Shown here in pieces: positions 52,887 to 62,042 of a stretch of 64,000 nucleotides of DNA. The position numbers and the translations under genes are program-made. The DNA is taken from assembly GCA_017404555.1 (NCBI GenBank), contig JAFRCD010000007.1:25455-89454 (forward strand), written 5' to 3'. Numbering within the stretch: the stretch's first letter is position 1; every line of letters starts with the position of its first letter. The DNA comes from Bacilli bacterium (GTDB taxonomy: Bacteria > Bacillota_I > Bacilli_A > RF39 > UBA660). The notes beneath the pieces are model-generated. The model had not been told where the DNA came from. It saw only the letters and a program-made list of their open reading frames with translations, and searched no databases.

Positions 52887-53831
52887 TCACTTCACTTTGT
52901 TTAAGATTATTACCCTATTTAACACCAAATCACCTTTTTTGACAACTATATTTTTTTCGCCGTTCTTATAAATACAGCAATTAAATATATTGTCAGCAGT
53001 TGATAAAGTTATTCTCTTATTAAACTTATTATCAATCTCTATTTTTTCTGGTAAGACATATTCTTTAGTCAATAGTTTTATAGTAGTATCAGTTTCTTCC
53101 TTATTGGCAAACTCCACAGCACTAACCAAATCATAGTAATAGATTTTATTTTTGTTTTTGCTTATAGAACAAACAGGATCAACTTTAGTTACCAAAGCAT
53201 CATAACTAATTGTTTTAGCTTCTTCCTTTTTGCTTTTCTTCTTTATTTTATGAAAATGTTTTTTGAAAAGGCCATATAATTTCATAGAATCAAAAACCAT
53301 AATTAAGAGACAGAACATTAATACTAACAAGATCCATCCATAGGCATTACTCAAAAAATCCTGGACATAACCCAATTTTGGTATTCTAAAAAGAACTTTT
53401 CCATAAATATCATTACCATTAATATAACCAGCATCAGCAGCATTATTATAGTCGCCTTTAGTTTTGAATAAATATGTTTTATTATTCATCTTTTTAATAG
53501 AAATAACCCTATGAGTAATTGTTAATCCCTGATACTTACTATTATTGGAAACAAAAGTAATTATGTCTTTTTTCTTAATGTTCTTAGGATCTATCTTTCT
53601 TACTATTACAGCATCTTGAACATTAATAGTTGGTTTCATTGAAGGACTTACAATTATGTAAGCATTTAATAGAGGAACTACTTTTTTATTTGCTTCTTTA
53701 TTTTGTCTTAATTCAACAAAATAAATTAAAGCTATTACTAAAATAAGGGATAAGATCACAGCAAAAAACGCAATTAGACTGCGTATAATTATCTTTTTAA
53801 TATTTCTTTTGCCCTTCCCTTTTTTACTCAT
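52887..53831 (-). CDS. sipW: ER/archaeal-type (SipW-like) signal peptidase I with a ~120-aa C-terminal extension
   Basis: N-terminal TM, serine box SPSMKPTI, histidine box ITHRVISI, and TKGDYNNAAD (compare SEC11/SipW TKGDNN). There is no Ser-Lys-type GDNR…DSR box. A second TM is followed by an extra cytoplasmic domain. Confidence 0.65.
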   Translation of the reverse strand: MSKKGKGKRNIKKIIIRSLIAFFAVILSLILVIALIYFVELRQNKEANKKVVPLLNAYIIVSPSMKPTINVQDAVIVRKIDPKNIKKKDIITFVSNNSKYQGLTITHRVISIKKMNNKTYLFKTKGDYNNAADAGYINGNDIYGKVLFRIPKLGYVQDFLSNAYGWILLVLMFCLLIMVFDSMKLYGLFKKHFHKIKKKSKKEEAKTISYDALVTKVDPVCSISKNKNKIYYYDLVSAVEFANKEETDTTIKLLTKEYVLPEKIEIDNKFNKRITLSTADNIFNCCIYKNGEKNIVVKKGDLVLNRVIILNKVK

Positions 53832-53846
53832 TGTATCATCCTTTAA

Positions 53847-54458
53847 CTATAGAGCTTTTCCATAAATATTTACTTTTAATGTATACTTCTTATCCTTAAA
53901 GTCTTTGGCTTTTTCACTAATCCAAACTCTAAGACGATATTTATCTATTCTTGATTCTTCAACAGTTTCAGAGTGAATAACCATACTTCCTGCTGGTGAA
54001 CCAATTTTACTGTCTTCTTCACTTTTCTTAAATCCAATCGGTCCAGCAATTGGAATATATTTCTTTCCTTCTTTTTTCTCTAAATATATTCTCACATCAT
54101 TATCACTAATATTAGATGATGAATCCTTAATAAGAGCTATTTCATATTTAGCCTTAATGGTAGCAAGTTCTTCCATCTTAGTAGTAACTGTAAAATCAAA
54201 ATATTCCCCAACATTAGAAATCTTTCGACCAATTTCATCGTTCATAGTTAATTTATTATTAACCGAAATACCATTAGTCTCCTCAGTATAAGTCATCACA
54301 ATTGATGCGGTTGAAACAGTATCTTTATTTTTCTTTTTTTCAGCTGTTGAGAAAGCTACAAACGACGAAAAGATTACGGCCAAACCTAAAAAGACCATAA
54401 TGAAAATAGAAACAGCATATAGAATTGGTGTTTTCTTGCTTTGTTCGCCATTATCCAT
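53847..54458 (-). CDS. Small secreted/membrane-anchored protein, a candidate SipW substrate (TasA/camelysin-like signal region)
   Basis: 203 aa with an N-terminal TM/signal ending in the SipW-cognate-like FVAFSTAE motif, then a β-rich domain. It lies immediately upstream of, and co-oriented with, the SipW-like gene. Confidence 0.45.
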   Translation of the reverse strand: MDNGEQSKKTPILYAVSIFIMVFLGLAVIFSSFVAFSTAEKKKNKDTVSTASIVMTYTEETNGISVNNKLTMNDEIGRKISNVGEYFDFTVTTKMEELATIKAKYEIALIKDSSSNISDNDVRIYLEKKEGKKYIPIAGPIGFKKSEEDSKIGSPAGSMVIHSETVEESRIDKYRLRVWISEKAKDFKDKKYTLKVNIYGKAL

Positions 54459-54539
54459 CTTTCTAACAACCCCTTCCTACTATTAAAATAATTATATCAT
54501 TAACTTAAAATTAAAACAATAAAATAAAACTGTAAGTTT

Positions 54540-55294
54540 TTACAGTTTTATTCCAGGAAACATTTTTAAAGCGTTCTCTGTTGTTTTATTCATCACTTCA
54601 TCAATACTAGTTTCTTTAATTTCAGCTATTTTTTTCGCAATAATTGGTATATATTTTGGAGAGTTTTGCATACCACGATAAGGATCAGGGCAAAGATAAG
54701 GACTATCAGTTTCTAAAACAATATCATCTAAAGACAATTTTTTAATTACTTCTGATAACTTACTATTTTTAAAAGTTACCACTCCACCAATTCCTAACTT
54801 ATAACCCATTTCAATATATTCTATAGCTGTCTCATAACTACCACTAAAACAATGAATTATTCCTTTTACATTATACTTCTTTAACGTATCCATCGTATCC
54901 TTAGTAGCTTCCCTGCTATGAATCACTACTGGTATATTTAATTCTTCTGCAATCTCTAATTGTCTTTCGAAAAGCTCTTTTTGTTTTTCCTTTTCCTCTT
55001 CAGTTTCAACATAATGATAATCTAGTCCTATTTCTCCTAAAGCAACGACTCTTGTACTCTCTAAATTTTCCTTTAAATAATCTAAATCATAGTCATTAAT
55101 CGCATCCGGATGATAACCAATACTCAAATATAGATTGGGAAACTGTGTAACTAATTTTAATGATTCTTCTATATCTTTTGTCGCACATCCGCAACTGATC
55201 AAACATTCCACTTTCTGTTTTTTACTTTCACTAATTACTTTTTCAATATCATCATAGTACTCTTTTAGAATATGACAATGGGTATCTATAAACA
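54540..55294 (-). CDS. tatD: TatD-family metal-dependent DNase/hydrolase
   Basis: N-terminal IDTHCHI metal-binding motif and a TatD fold. SD TAGGAGG. Confidence 0.9.
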
Positions 55295-55322
55295 TATTAA
55301 CCTCCTAAAAAAGCATCAATTA

Positions 55323-55499
55323 CTATTGACGCCTTCTTATTCTATGTATTTTTATTCGACAAAAATATACTGTAAAGATTATCAAATAAATAACATCTAG
55401 AATATTATAATCATTAATAATAGTTAATATCAGTAAAACAGCAACACCAAGATAAAGTTGATCAAAGATGCAAATCTTTCTAGAATTTTCTTCTTTCAT
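55323..55499 (-). CDS. Unannotated small hydrophobic protein (58 aa) between metG and tatD
   Basis: ATG preceded by SD AAAGGAG. Sequence MKEENSRKICIFDQLYLGVAVLLILTIINDYNILDVIYLIIFTVYFCRIKIHRIRRRQ. Co-oriented with the neighbouring genes, ending 28 nt before the tatD start. It is just below the 60-aa cutoff, so it is absent from the ORF track. Confidence 0.35.
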   Translation of the reverse strand: MKEENSRKICIFDQLYLGVAVLLILTIINDYNILDVIYLIIFTVYFCRIKIHRIRRRQ

Positions 55500-55588
55500 G
55501 CTTCTCCTTTTCCTACTGCACTAACTAAATATATCATAACTAATTATACTTTTCTTATAAAATTAGGTTAGTAGACGTCTTCTTGACA

Positions 55589-57100
55589 TTATTTATCAAT
55601 TCTTTTGAATAAGATTGTAGCCTCTCCTAAATTATATTCGTTATCAGCTAAATATTTAGGCTCTTTCCTGTCGTTATTCAATTGTTTCAAAATACTAGCA
55701 CTAGTGTCTGGCATAAATGGTTCTAAATAAATAGCTCCTACTCTAATTGCCTCTAACAAATTATATAGAACTGTCTCCAAGCGATCTTTCTTATCTTCTT
55801 CTTTAGCAAGAACCCAAGGAGTATTTTCATCAATATATTTATTACTAGTTCGGAAAAGATCAAAAATGACAGTTAAAGCATCAGCAATATGTAGTTCCTC
55901 AATCTTTTTATCTACTAAAACATCAAGATTATTTATCTCTTCAACATATTTCTTATCAATTTCTTCTTCGACCTTTTTGTTTTCTATTTTACTATCGAAA
56001 TACTTATCAGCCATTTTAATAGTTCTTTGAACTAAATTTCCTAAAGTATTAGCTAATTCAGTATTAATTCTTTCAATTAATAGTTCTCTAGAAATATTAC
56101 CATCAGCCGCAAAAGGAATCTCGTGAAGAAGATAGAACCTTATAGCATCAACACCAAACTCTTCAACCAAGTCATCAGCATATAAAACGTTCCCTTTGGA
56201 CTTGCTCATCTTATCACTACTAGTTAAAAGCCATGGATGACCAAACACTTTTTTAGGTAATGGAACACCTAATGACCATAAGAAACAAGGCCAATATATT
56301 GAATGGAACCTAACAATATCTTTACCAATCAAATGTAGATCTGCTGGCCACCATTTCGAAAACTCTTCACTAGAGCCATCGGGATCATAACCAATATTAG
56401 TTATATAGTTTGTAAGGGCATCAAGCCAAACATACACAACGTGTTTAGGATCAAAATCAACTGGGATTCCCCAACTGAAACTTGTCCGCGATACACATAA
56501 ATCTTGAACCCCTGGCTTAATAAAATTATTTAGCATTTCATTTCTTCTAGCACTTGGTTCCAAGAAATCAGCGTGTTCAGCAAAGTAATCTTCTAATTGT
56601 TTTTGATATTTAGACAACTTAAAGAAATATGCTTCTTCTGTTGTTTCTTCAACCTCTCTACCACAATCAGGACACTTACCATCTACTAATTGTGATTCAG
56701 TCCAAAAAGATTCACACGGTGTACAATAAAGACCTTTATATTCACCTTTATAAATATCACCACTATCATACATCTTCTTAAATATCTTTTTTACTACTTC
56801 CTCGTGCTTAGGATCTGTTGTTCTAACAAACTTATCATAACTGACATTCATTAAATCCCAAATCCTCTTGATTTCAGCAGCAACTTCATCAACAAATTCT
56901 TGTGGAGTTTTTCCTTCCTCTTTAGCCTTTGTCTCTATTTTTTGTCCGTGTTCATCAGTACCAGTTTGAAAATAAACATCAAATCCCTTAAATCTCTTAT
57001 ACCTAGCAATAGCATCCGCTAAAACAGCTTCATATGTATTACCAATATGGGGTTTCCCTGAAGTATAAGCAATCGCTGTTGAAATATAATATTTATCCAT
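55589..57100 (-). CDS. metG: Methionine--tRNA ligase
   Basis: Class I HIGN (KPHIGNTYEAV) and KMSKS motifs, and a zinc knuckle (CPDCG). The likely start is ATG 57098-57100 (MDKYY) with GAGGTGA SD; the track calls a GTG at 57109. Confidence 0.95.
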   Translation of the reverse strand: MDKYYISTAIAYTSGKPHIGNTYEAVLADAIARYKRFKGFDVYFQTGTDEHGQKIETKAKEEGKTPQEFVDEVAAEIKRIWDLMNVSYDKFVRTTDPKHEEVVKKIFKKMYDSGDIYKGEYKGLYCTPCESFWTESQLVDGKCPDCGREVEETTEEAYFFKLSKYQKQLEDYFAEHADFLEPSARRNEMLNNFIKPGVQDLCVSRTSFSWGIPVDFDPKHVVYVWLDALTNYITNIGYDPDGSSEEFSKWWPADLHLIGKDIVRFHSIYWPCFLWSLGVPLPKKVFGHPWLLTSSDKMSKSKGNVLYADDLVEEFGVDAIRFYLLHEIPFAADGNISRELLIERINTELANTLGNLVQRTIKMADKYFDSKIENKKVEEEIDKKYVEEINNLDVLVDKKIEELHIADALTVIFDLFRTSNKYIDENTPWVLAKEEDKKDRLETVLYNLLEAIRVGAIYLEPFMPDTSASILKQLNNDRKEPKYLADNEYNLGEATILFKRIDK

Positions 57101-57109
57101 TTTAATCAC

Positions 57110-57340
57110 CTCTTCAAAATAAAAAGCCCTATAACATAAGGACGAAACAATTCCGCGGTACCACCTTATTTTATAAAGCTTATACTCTCATTATAGTTAA
57201 CGCCTATCTACGTTTATGCTTACATATCAACATAACTGTTCATAAGCCATAATTTATATTTATATGCTCTTTTATCTCACCAAACTAAAAGCTCTCTTCG
57301 CCATATTAAATATAAATCTCTTAATCACAACATTTAATAT
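57110..57340 (-). promoter_or_regulatory. Probable T-box riboswitch leader (Met specifier) of metG
   Basis: On the minus strand the leader contains the T-box consensus AAATAAGGTGGTACCGCGG (plus-strand 57153-57165 = ccgcggtaccacc) and an upstream AG-box GAAGAGAGC (plus-strand 57291-57300). AUG triplets sit in loop-like contexts, and a weak hairpin with a U-run precedes the SD. Confidence 0.55.
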
Positions 57341-57364
57341 GACTGTATTGTACCATGTTTATCT

Positions 57365-57907
57365 TTATTCTTCAATATATTTTTCTAAAAACTGTGCACA
57401 GGCTAAAGCAAATTTTTCATCAGTTGTCGTTATAGTACTAGTACTAGAACATATGATAACTAAGCCCAAAATATTTCCTTCATTAATAATAGGTGAAACG
57501 CAGTAAGAGTAATTGTTCTTTTCTCCTTTAACTAATTCAGTCCCTTGAAAGTTTTTATTAACTATTGCTTTACGATCTACTATTAATTTTTCTAAATAAT
57601 TAGATATTGGTTTATCCACGAAAGTTTTTTTATCTTCCCCTGCGCAAACAATAAACATATCGCGATTAGTAATTAAAACGTTTTTTTCAATGACTTTACT
57701 CGTTTCATCCGCTAAAGTCTTAGCCATATCCTTATAATTATCCATTACTGAAAACTTCTTTAGTGATATTTTTTCATTATCTACTAGTATCTCTAATGGT
57801 TCCCCATCTCTAATGCGAAGCACTTTGCGTATTTCTTTAGGAATTACTACTCGACCTAACTCATCAATTCTTCGTACTATTCCGGTAGAGCTCGTTGGTT
57901 TAGTCAT
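57365..57907 (-). CDS. spoVT: Stage V sporulation protein T-like regulator (AbrB-type swapped-hairpin N-domain plus GAF-like C-domain)
   Basis: N-terminal GIVRRIDELGRVVIPKEIRK AbrB/MazE motif and a 180-aa length typical of SpoVT. It follows mfd, as in Bacillus. Confidence 0.75.
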   Translation of the reverse strand: MTKPTSSTGIVRRIDELGRVVIPKEIRKVLRIRDGEPLEILVDNEKISLKKFSVMDNYKDMAKTLADETSKVIEKNVLITNRDMFIVCAGEDKKTFVDKPISNYLEKLIVDRKAIVNKNFQGTELVKGEKNNYSYCVSPIINEGNILGLVIICSSTSTITTTDEKFALACAQFLEKYIEE

Positions 57908-58051
57908 ACTTAAAGCCTCGCTTTCTAATATTATTCTTCCAAAAAAAGGATTCTTTATACATAAATCATCCTACTTATATTATAGAGACTTTTCGAGACT
58001 TTTCTTTTGGTAATATTTACCATTTTTTAAATACATAATTTACAATTAGTT

Positions 58052-58090
58052 AACAAAAAAGTTCTAAACTCAATTCAGAACTTTTTCTAA
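58052..58090 (-). terminator. Possible intrinsic terminator overlapping the mfd stop codon
   Basis: 9-bp stem aaaagttct/agaactttt with an 11-nt loop and a short T-run. Weak (AT-rich stem). Confidence 0.3.
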
Positions 58091-61000
58091 AAACTCTACT
58101 AGATAATAAACTGGGTGTTTATCCAAATGCAACAAATCTAGAATTATTTCCAAATTATCACCTATTGTTTTAAAGCGAAAATAATCACTAACTTCAAATG
58201 ACTTCACAAACAATATATCAGCACTATATTTTAATACTGTCTCTTTATCTAGAATTAATGAGACACTGTTTTTCTTTTCAATTACTCTTCTTATTGGTAA
58301 TTTAGTAGCTAATTTTTCAAACCATTCTTCATACATATATATTTCCATATCTTTAGTTATCCTACCAAATCTGTCTTCTAATTCCTTTTTTACCGATTTA
58401 AATTTAGATAACGAGTCCACTTCATTAATCTTACGATGAATCTCAATTTTAATATCTTGATCATCAGCATAACTCTCATCAATATGTGTTTTAACATTAA
58501 GAAGCGGTGGTGCCATATTATCTTCTTCAACAGCAATGCCCTTTTTTAAGGCAACCTGACGATTAAGCATTTTTAAATATAAGTCCACGCCTACTGAATC
58601 AATAAAGCCTGCCTGTTCGCTTCCTAAAATATCCCCCGCTCCTCTAATAGCTAAATCACGAGACGCAATGGAAAAGCCACTTCCCAATTCCGTAAAATCC
58701 TTCAATACTTGTAATCGTTTAATTGCAGTTTCCGTAAGCACTTTATGGCCTTTATACATTAAATAGGCATAGGCAAAGCGATTACTACGGCCAACCCTTC
58801 CTCGCAATTGATATAACTGACTCAATCCAAAGTTATCAGCATTATAAACGATTAAAGTATTAACATTAGGAATATCGATGCCAGCTTCGATAATAGTTGT
58901 ACAAATCAAAATATCATATTTACCACCAATAAAATCTTCCATTCTACTTTCCAACTCTTTTTTAGACATTCGACCATGAGCATAAGTAATAGAAGCATCA
59001 GGAGCCAACTTTGATATTCTATCAAAACATCTTTCAATAGTATCTATCCGATTATATAAGATAAATACTTGCCCTTTTCGCGATAATTCTTTATAAATAG
59101 CATCTTTAATGATTTGGTCATTTTCTTCAATAACATAGGTCTGAACTGGATAACGATCTACTGGTGGTGTTTCAATTAAGGATAGACTTCGCACACCTGT
59201 TAAAGACATCTGTAGTGTACGAGGAATTGGTGTTGCGGATAATGTTAAAACATCAACATTCTTTTTCATCTTCTTTAGTTTTTCCTTATGAGCCACTCCA
59301 AAACGCTGTTCCTCATCAATTATTAATAAGCCCAAATCTTTTAATTTAACATCTTCACTGAGTAATCTATGCGTACCTATTACTAAATCTATTCCTCCTT
59401 TAGATAATTGTTCTAAGATCTTACTCTCCTCTTTCTTAGGAGTAAAGCGATTTAATAGTGCAATATTGACTGGAAAGTTTTTAAATCTTTCTTTAGCGTT
59501 TTCAAAATGTTGCCCTGATAAGATTGTAGTTGGACATAAGAACAATACTTGCTTAGAATCTAGAATGGCTTTGAAAGCCGCAACAAAAGCCACTTCTGTT
59601 TTACCAAAGCCAACATCACCACAAAGAAGTCTATCCATAACATTTGTTGATTCCATATCATTCTTAATTTGAATAATTGCTGTCTTCTGGTCTTCAGTTA
59701 AATCAAAAGGAACTTCTTTTTCAAAAGCCTTCATATACTCATCATCCCGGGAAAAAGAGTATCCAGCAATTGATTCCCGTTCAACATAAAGATTCATTAG
59801 TTCCTCCATCATATCAGCAATCTTAGAATCAACCCGTGCTTTAGTCTTCTTCCACTCAAGACCATTCATTTTACTGATTCGAGGCATTACTCCCTCTTTG
59901 GTTGAATATTTGCTTAAATATTCAATTTTTTCGACTGGTATATATAGTTTATCCTTACCTTGATATTGAACTTCTATATAATCTTTTTCAACTCCATTTT
60001 GTAAAAGGGTTTTTATTCCTTTATAGATACCAATCCCACAAATATCATGAACTACATAATCCCCTATCTCTAGTTTATTAATATCTTTAATCTTAGAAGC
60101 ATAGCGGAATTTAGTATTATACTTCTTAGTTTTACTTTCTTCGCCATAAATTTCCTTTTCAGTTAAGAGTAGAATATTATTATAAAGAAATCCACCCCAA
60201 AAATTATTTTCAATAGTCTTACATTCGTATTTAAACTTTTTATTAAACTCTTTTTTGTTGTTGGGTGATAGACAAACTATTATCTTTTTAGGATTAATTT
60301 TATCAACATAATTATTTAAAACTTCATAATTACCAGAAAAATTAGGAATACTCTTAACATCATAATTAATAATATTCTTATTTTCTGCTTTTTCTAAATT
60401 GTTGATACTTTCATAAAACATTACTCTCTTAGGAATAATTTCAGAAAAGTCAAACATATACTTCCCTTTAAATTCTTCATCCTTAGTCTTATGATAAGTA
60501 AACATTTCCTCAACTAATTCTCGCTTAAAATAGTTTTCTATTTGATCATGATTTTTATAAAACACTATTGGGTTATCTAAATAATCATATATTGAAGATA
60601 CTTTTTCATATTGTGGTAAGTACTTTTGTTTTGACTTTTCTACTTCCTCTGAACAAATAAATTCTGTTCGTGGTTTAATAGTAATTCTTTTGATATTTTC
60701 AAAAGTTTTTTGATTATCAGGATCAAAGTATTTAATTCTTTCAATCTCATCACCAAAAAACTCAATTCTAATGGGATTGTCTTCGCCCAAAATAAACACA
60801 TCAACAATATCCCCATGAGCTGAGAACTCTCCCGTTTTAGTTACAAAAGATTCTCTTTTATAACCATTCATTATTAGCTTTTCAACTATTCTGATTGGTG
60901 GAATAATATCGCCAACATTCAAGTCTAAGAAAGCTTTTTTATAATTAGCTGGTGTTGGTAGAAAACGCAAGTAACCTGTAAGATTAGTAACCACTATTTT

Positions 61001-61306
61001 TTTACCTAATAAAATTTCATTCAAAGTTTCTAATCTATTAATCTCCAAATCCGGACTAATGGCTACTGCCTCGCTAGTTAAAAAGTCATCCATTGGGAAA
61101 AGTACTACATCTTTATTTAAAACTGCCAAATTACTATATAGTTTATTTGCTTCATATAAACTATTAGTTACAAGTAAGATATTACCCTTCTCTTTTCTAA
61201 ATAATTGATCTAAATAGACACAAAAAAACTCATCAGTGGCACTTAGCCCCCCCTGATGTTGGAATGAAATATTAGTAAGTTTTAAATATTCATTCATATG
61301 CATCAC
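58070..61306 (-). CDS. mfd: Transcription-repair coupling factor
   Basis: 1078 aa with UvrB-homology, RNAP-interaction and superfamily-2 helicase motifs (GDVGFGKTEVA, DEEQRFGV). Confidence 0.95.
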   Translation of the reverse strand: MMHMNEYLKLTNISFQHQGGLSATDEFFCVYLDQLFRKEKGNILLVTNSLYEANKLYSNLAVLNKDVVLFPMDDFLTSEAVAISPDLEINRLETLNEILLGKKIVVTNLTGYLRFLPTPANYKKAFLDLNVGDIIPPIRIVEKLIMNGYKRESFVTKTGEFSAHGDIVDVFILGEDNPIRIEFFGDEIERIKYFDPDNQKTFENIKRITIKPRTEFICSEEVEKSKQKYLPQYEKVSSIYDYLDNPIVFYKNHDQIENYFKRELVEEMFTYHKTKDEEFKGKYMFDFSEIIPKRVMFYESINNLEKAENKNIINYDVKSIPNFSGNYEVLNNYVDKINPKKIIVCLSPNNKKEFNKKFKYECKTIENNFWGGFLYNNILLLTEKEIYGEESKTKKYNTKFRYASKIKDINKLEIGDYVVHDICGIGIYKGIKTLLQNGVEKDYIEVQYQGKDKLYIPVEKIEYLSKYSTKEGVMPRISKMNGLEWKKTKARVDSKIADMMEELMNLYVERESIAGYSFSRDDEYMKAFEKEVPFDLTEDQKTAIIQIKNDMESTNVMDRLLCGDVGFGKTEVAFVAAFKAILDSKQVLFLCPTTILSGQHFENAKERFKNFPVNIALLNRFTPKKEESKILEQLSKGGIDLVIGTHRLLSEDVKLKDLGLLIIDEEQRFGVAHKEKLKKMKKNVDVLTLSATPIPRTLQMSLTGVRSLSLIETPPVDRYPVQTYVIEENDQIIKDAIYKELSRKGQVFILYNRIDTIERCFDRISKLAPDASITYAHGRMSKKELESRMEDFIGGKYDILICTTIIEAGIDIPNVNTLIVYNADNFGLSQLYQLRGRVGRSNRFAYAYLMYKGHKVLTETAIKRLQVLKDFTELGSGFSIASRDLAIRGAGDILGSEQAGFIDSVGVDLYLKMLNRQVALKKGIAVEEDNMAPPLLNVKTHIDESYADDQDIKIEIHRKINEVDSLSKFKSVKKELEDRFGRITKDMEIYMYEEWFEKLATKLPIRRVIEKKNSVSLILDKETVLKYSADILFVKSFEVSDYFRFKTIGDNLEIILDLLHLDKHPVYYLVEFLEKVLN

Positions 61307-61870
61307 CTAGCATTTAGTATTATACTTATTCATCAACTCCGTAAAAGTCATAGTCAAATAATCATCTAATATATCAGGCGTTTTATTAATGACTTTATCT
61401 ATTTTTTCTAGATCACTTTTACTAATTTTTCCTAAAACATAATCTTTAGTATCTATTTCTTTGTTATTAGATATTCCAATCTTTAGTCTCTTATAGACGT
61501 CAGTACCAATATTTTCTTCAATATTTTTAAGACCGTTATGTCCCCCAGAAGATCCTTTACTACGTAGTCTAAAAGATCCACTTGGCAAATCTAAATCATC
61601 AGATATTACTAATATATCCTTGGGTTTTACTTTATAGAAATCCATGAACTTTCTAACAACTGTTCCTGATAAGTTCATATATGATAAAGGTTTAACAAAC
61701 AACACCTTTTCTTCATCAATGTTTTCTAAAGCATATTCACCATTAAACTTGGTCTTCATCTTTGTTATACCTTTTTCACTCAAATAATTATCTATTACCA
61801 TGAAACCTATATTATGACGAGTTTTTTCATATTCTTTTCCTGGATTACCTAACCCAATAATCATTTTCAT
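61307..61870 (-). CDS. pth: Peptidyl-tRNA hydrolase
   Basis: N-terminal IIGLGNPG…RHNIGF signature. An extended −10 TGATATAAT lies about 25 nt upstream. Confidence 0.9.
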   Translation of the reverse strand: MKMIIGLGNPGKEYEKTRHNIGFMVIDNYLSEKGITKMKTKFNGEYALENIDEEKVLFVKPLSYMNLSGTVVRKFMDFYKVKPKDILVISDDLDLPSGSFRLRSKGSSGGHNGLKNIEENIGTDVYKRLKIGISNNKEIDTKDYVLGKISKSDLEKIDKVINKTPDILDDYLTMTFTELMNKYNTKC

Positions 61871-61911
61871 AATATCACCACTTATTCAAGTATATTATAT
61901 CATTTTTTAAT

Positions 61912-61940
61912 AAAAAAAATAGCTTATTAGCTATTTTTTC
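61912..61940 (-). terminator. Intrinsic terminator after rsmI
   Basis: aatagct-tatt-agctatt hairpin flanked by A8/T6 runs. Confidence 0.5.
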
Positions 61941-62042
61941 TTAATAATGTTTTTTATCCTAACTTTTTTCACAAAAAAAGTCAACAAAAGAATAAAATAT
62001 TCTATATATTTTATTCTTTTGGATTAATTATTATTATCTTTT

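Noticed and set aside
57264-57506. Plus-strand ORF 57264-57506 over the metG leader and spoVT 3' end
   Set aside because: It overlaps the putative T-box leader on the opposite strand and the spoVT coding end. Its hydrophobic low-complexity translation has no SD, so it is more likely non-coding.
57969-57990. Tandem direct repeat gagacttttc-gagacttttc in the spoVT-mfd intergenic region
   Set aside because: Only two short copies in AT-rich intergenic DNA. Too short to assign as a binding site, so I treat it as a chance duplication.
57813-59672. Plus-strand ORFs 57813-58013, 59164-59349 and 59466-59672 over spoVT and mfd
   Set aside because: Antisense artefacts.
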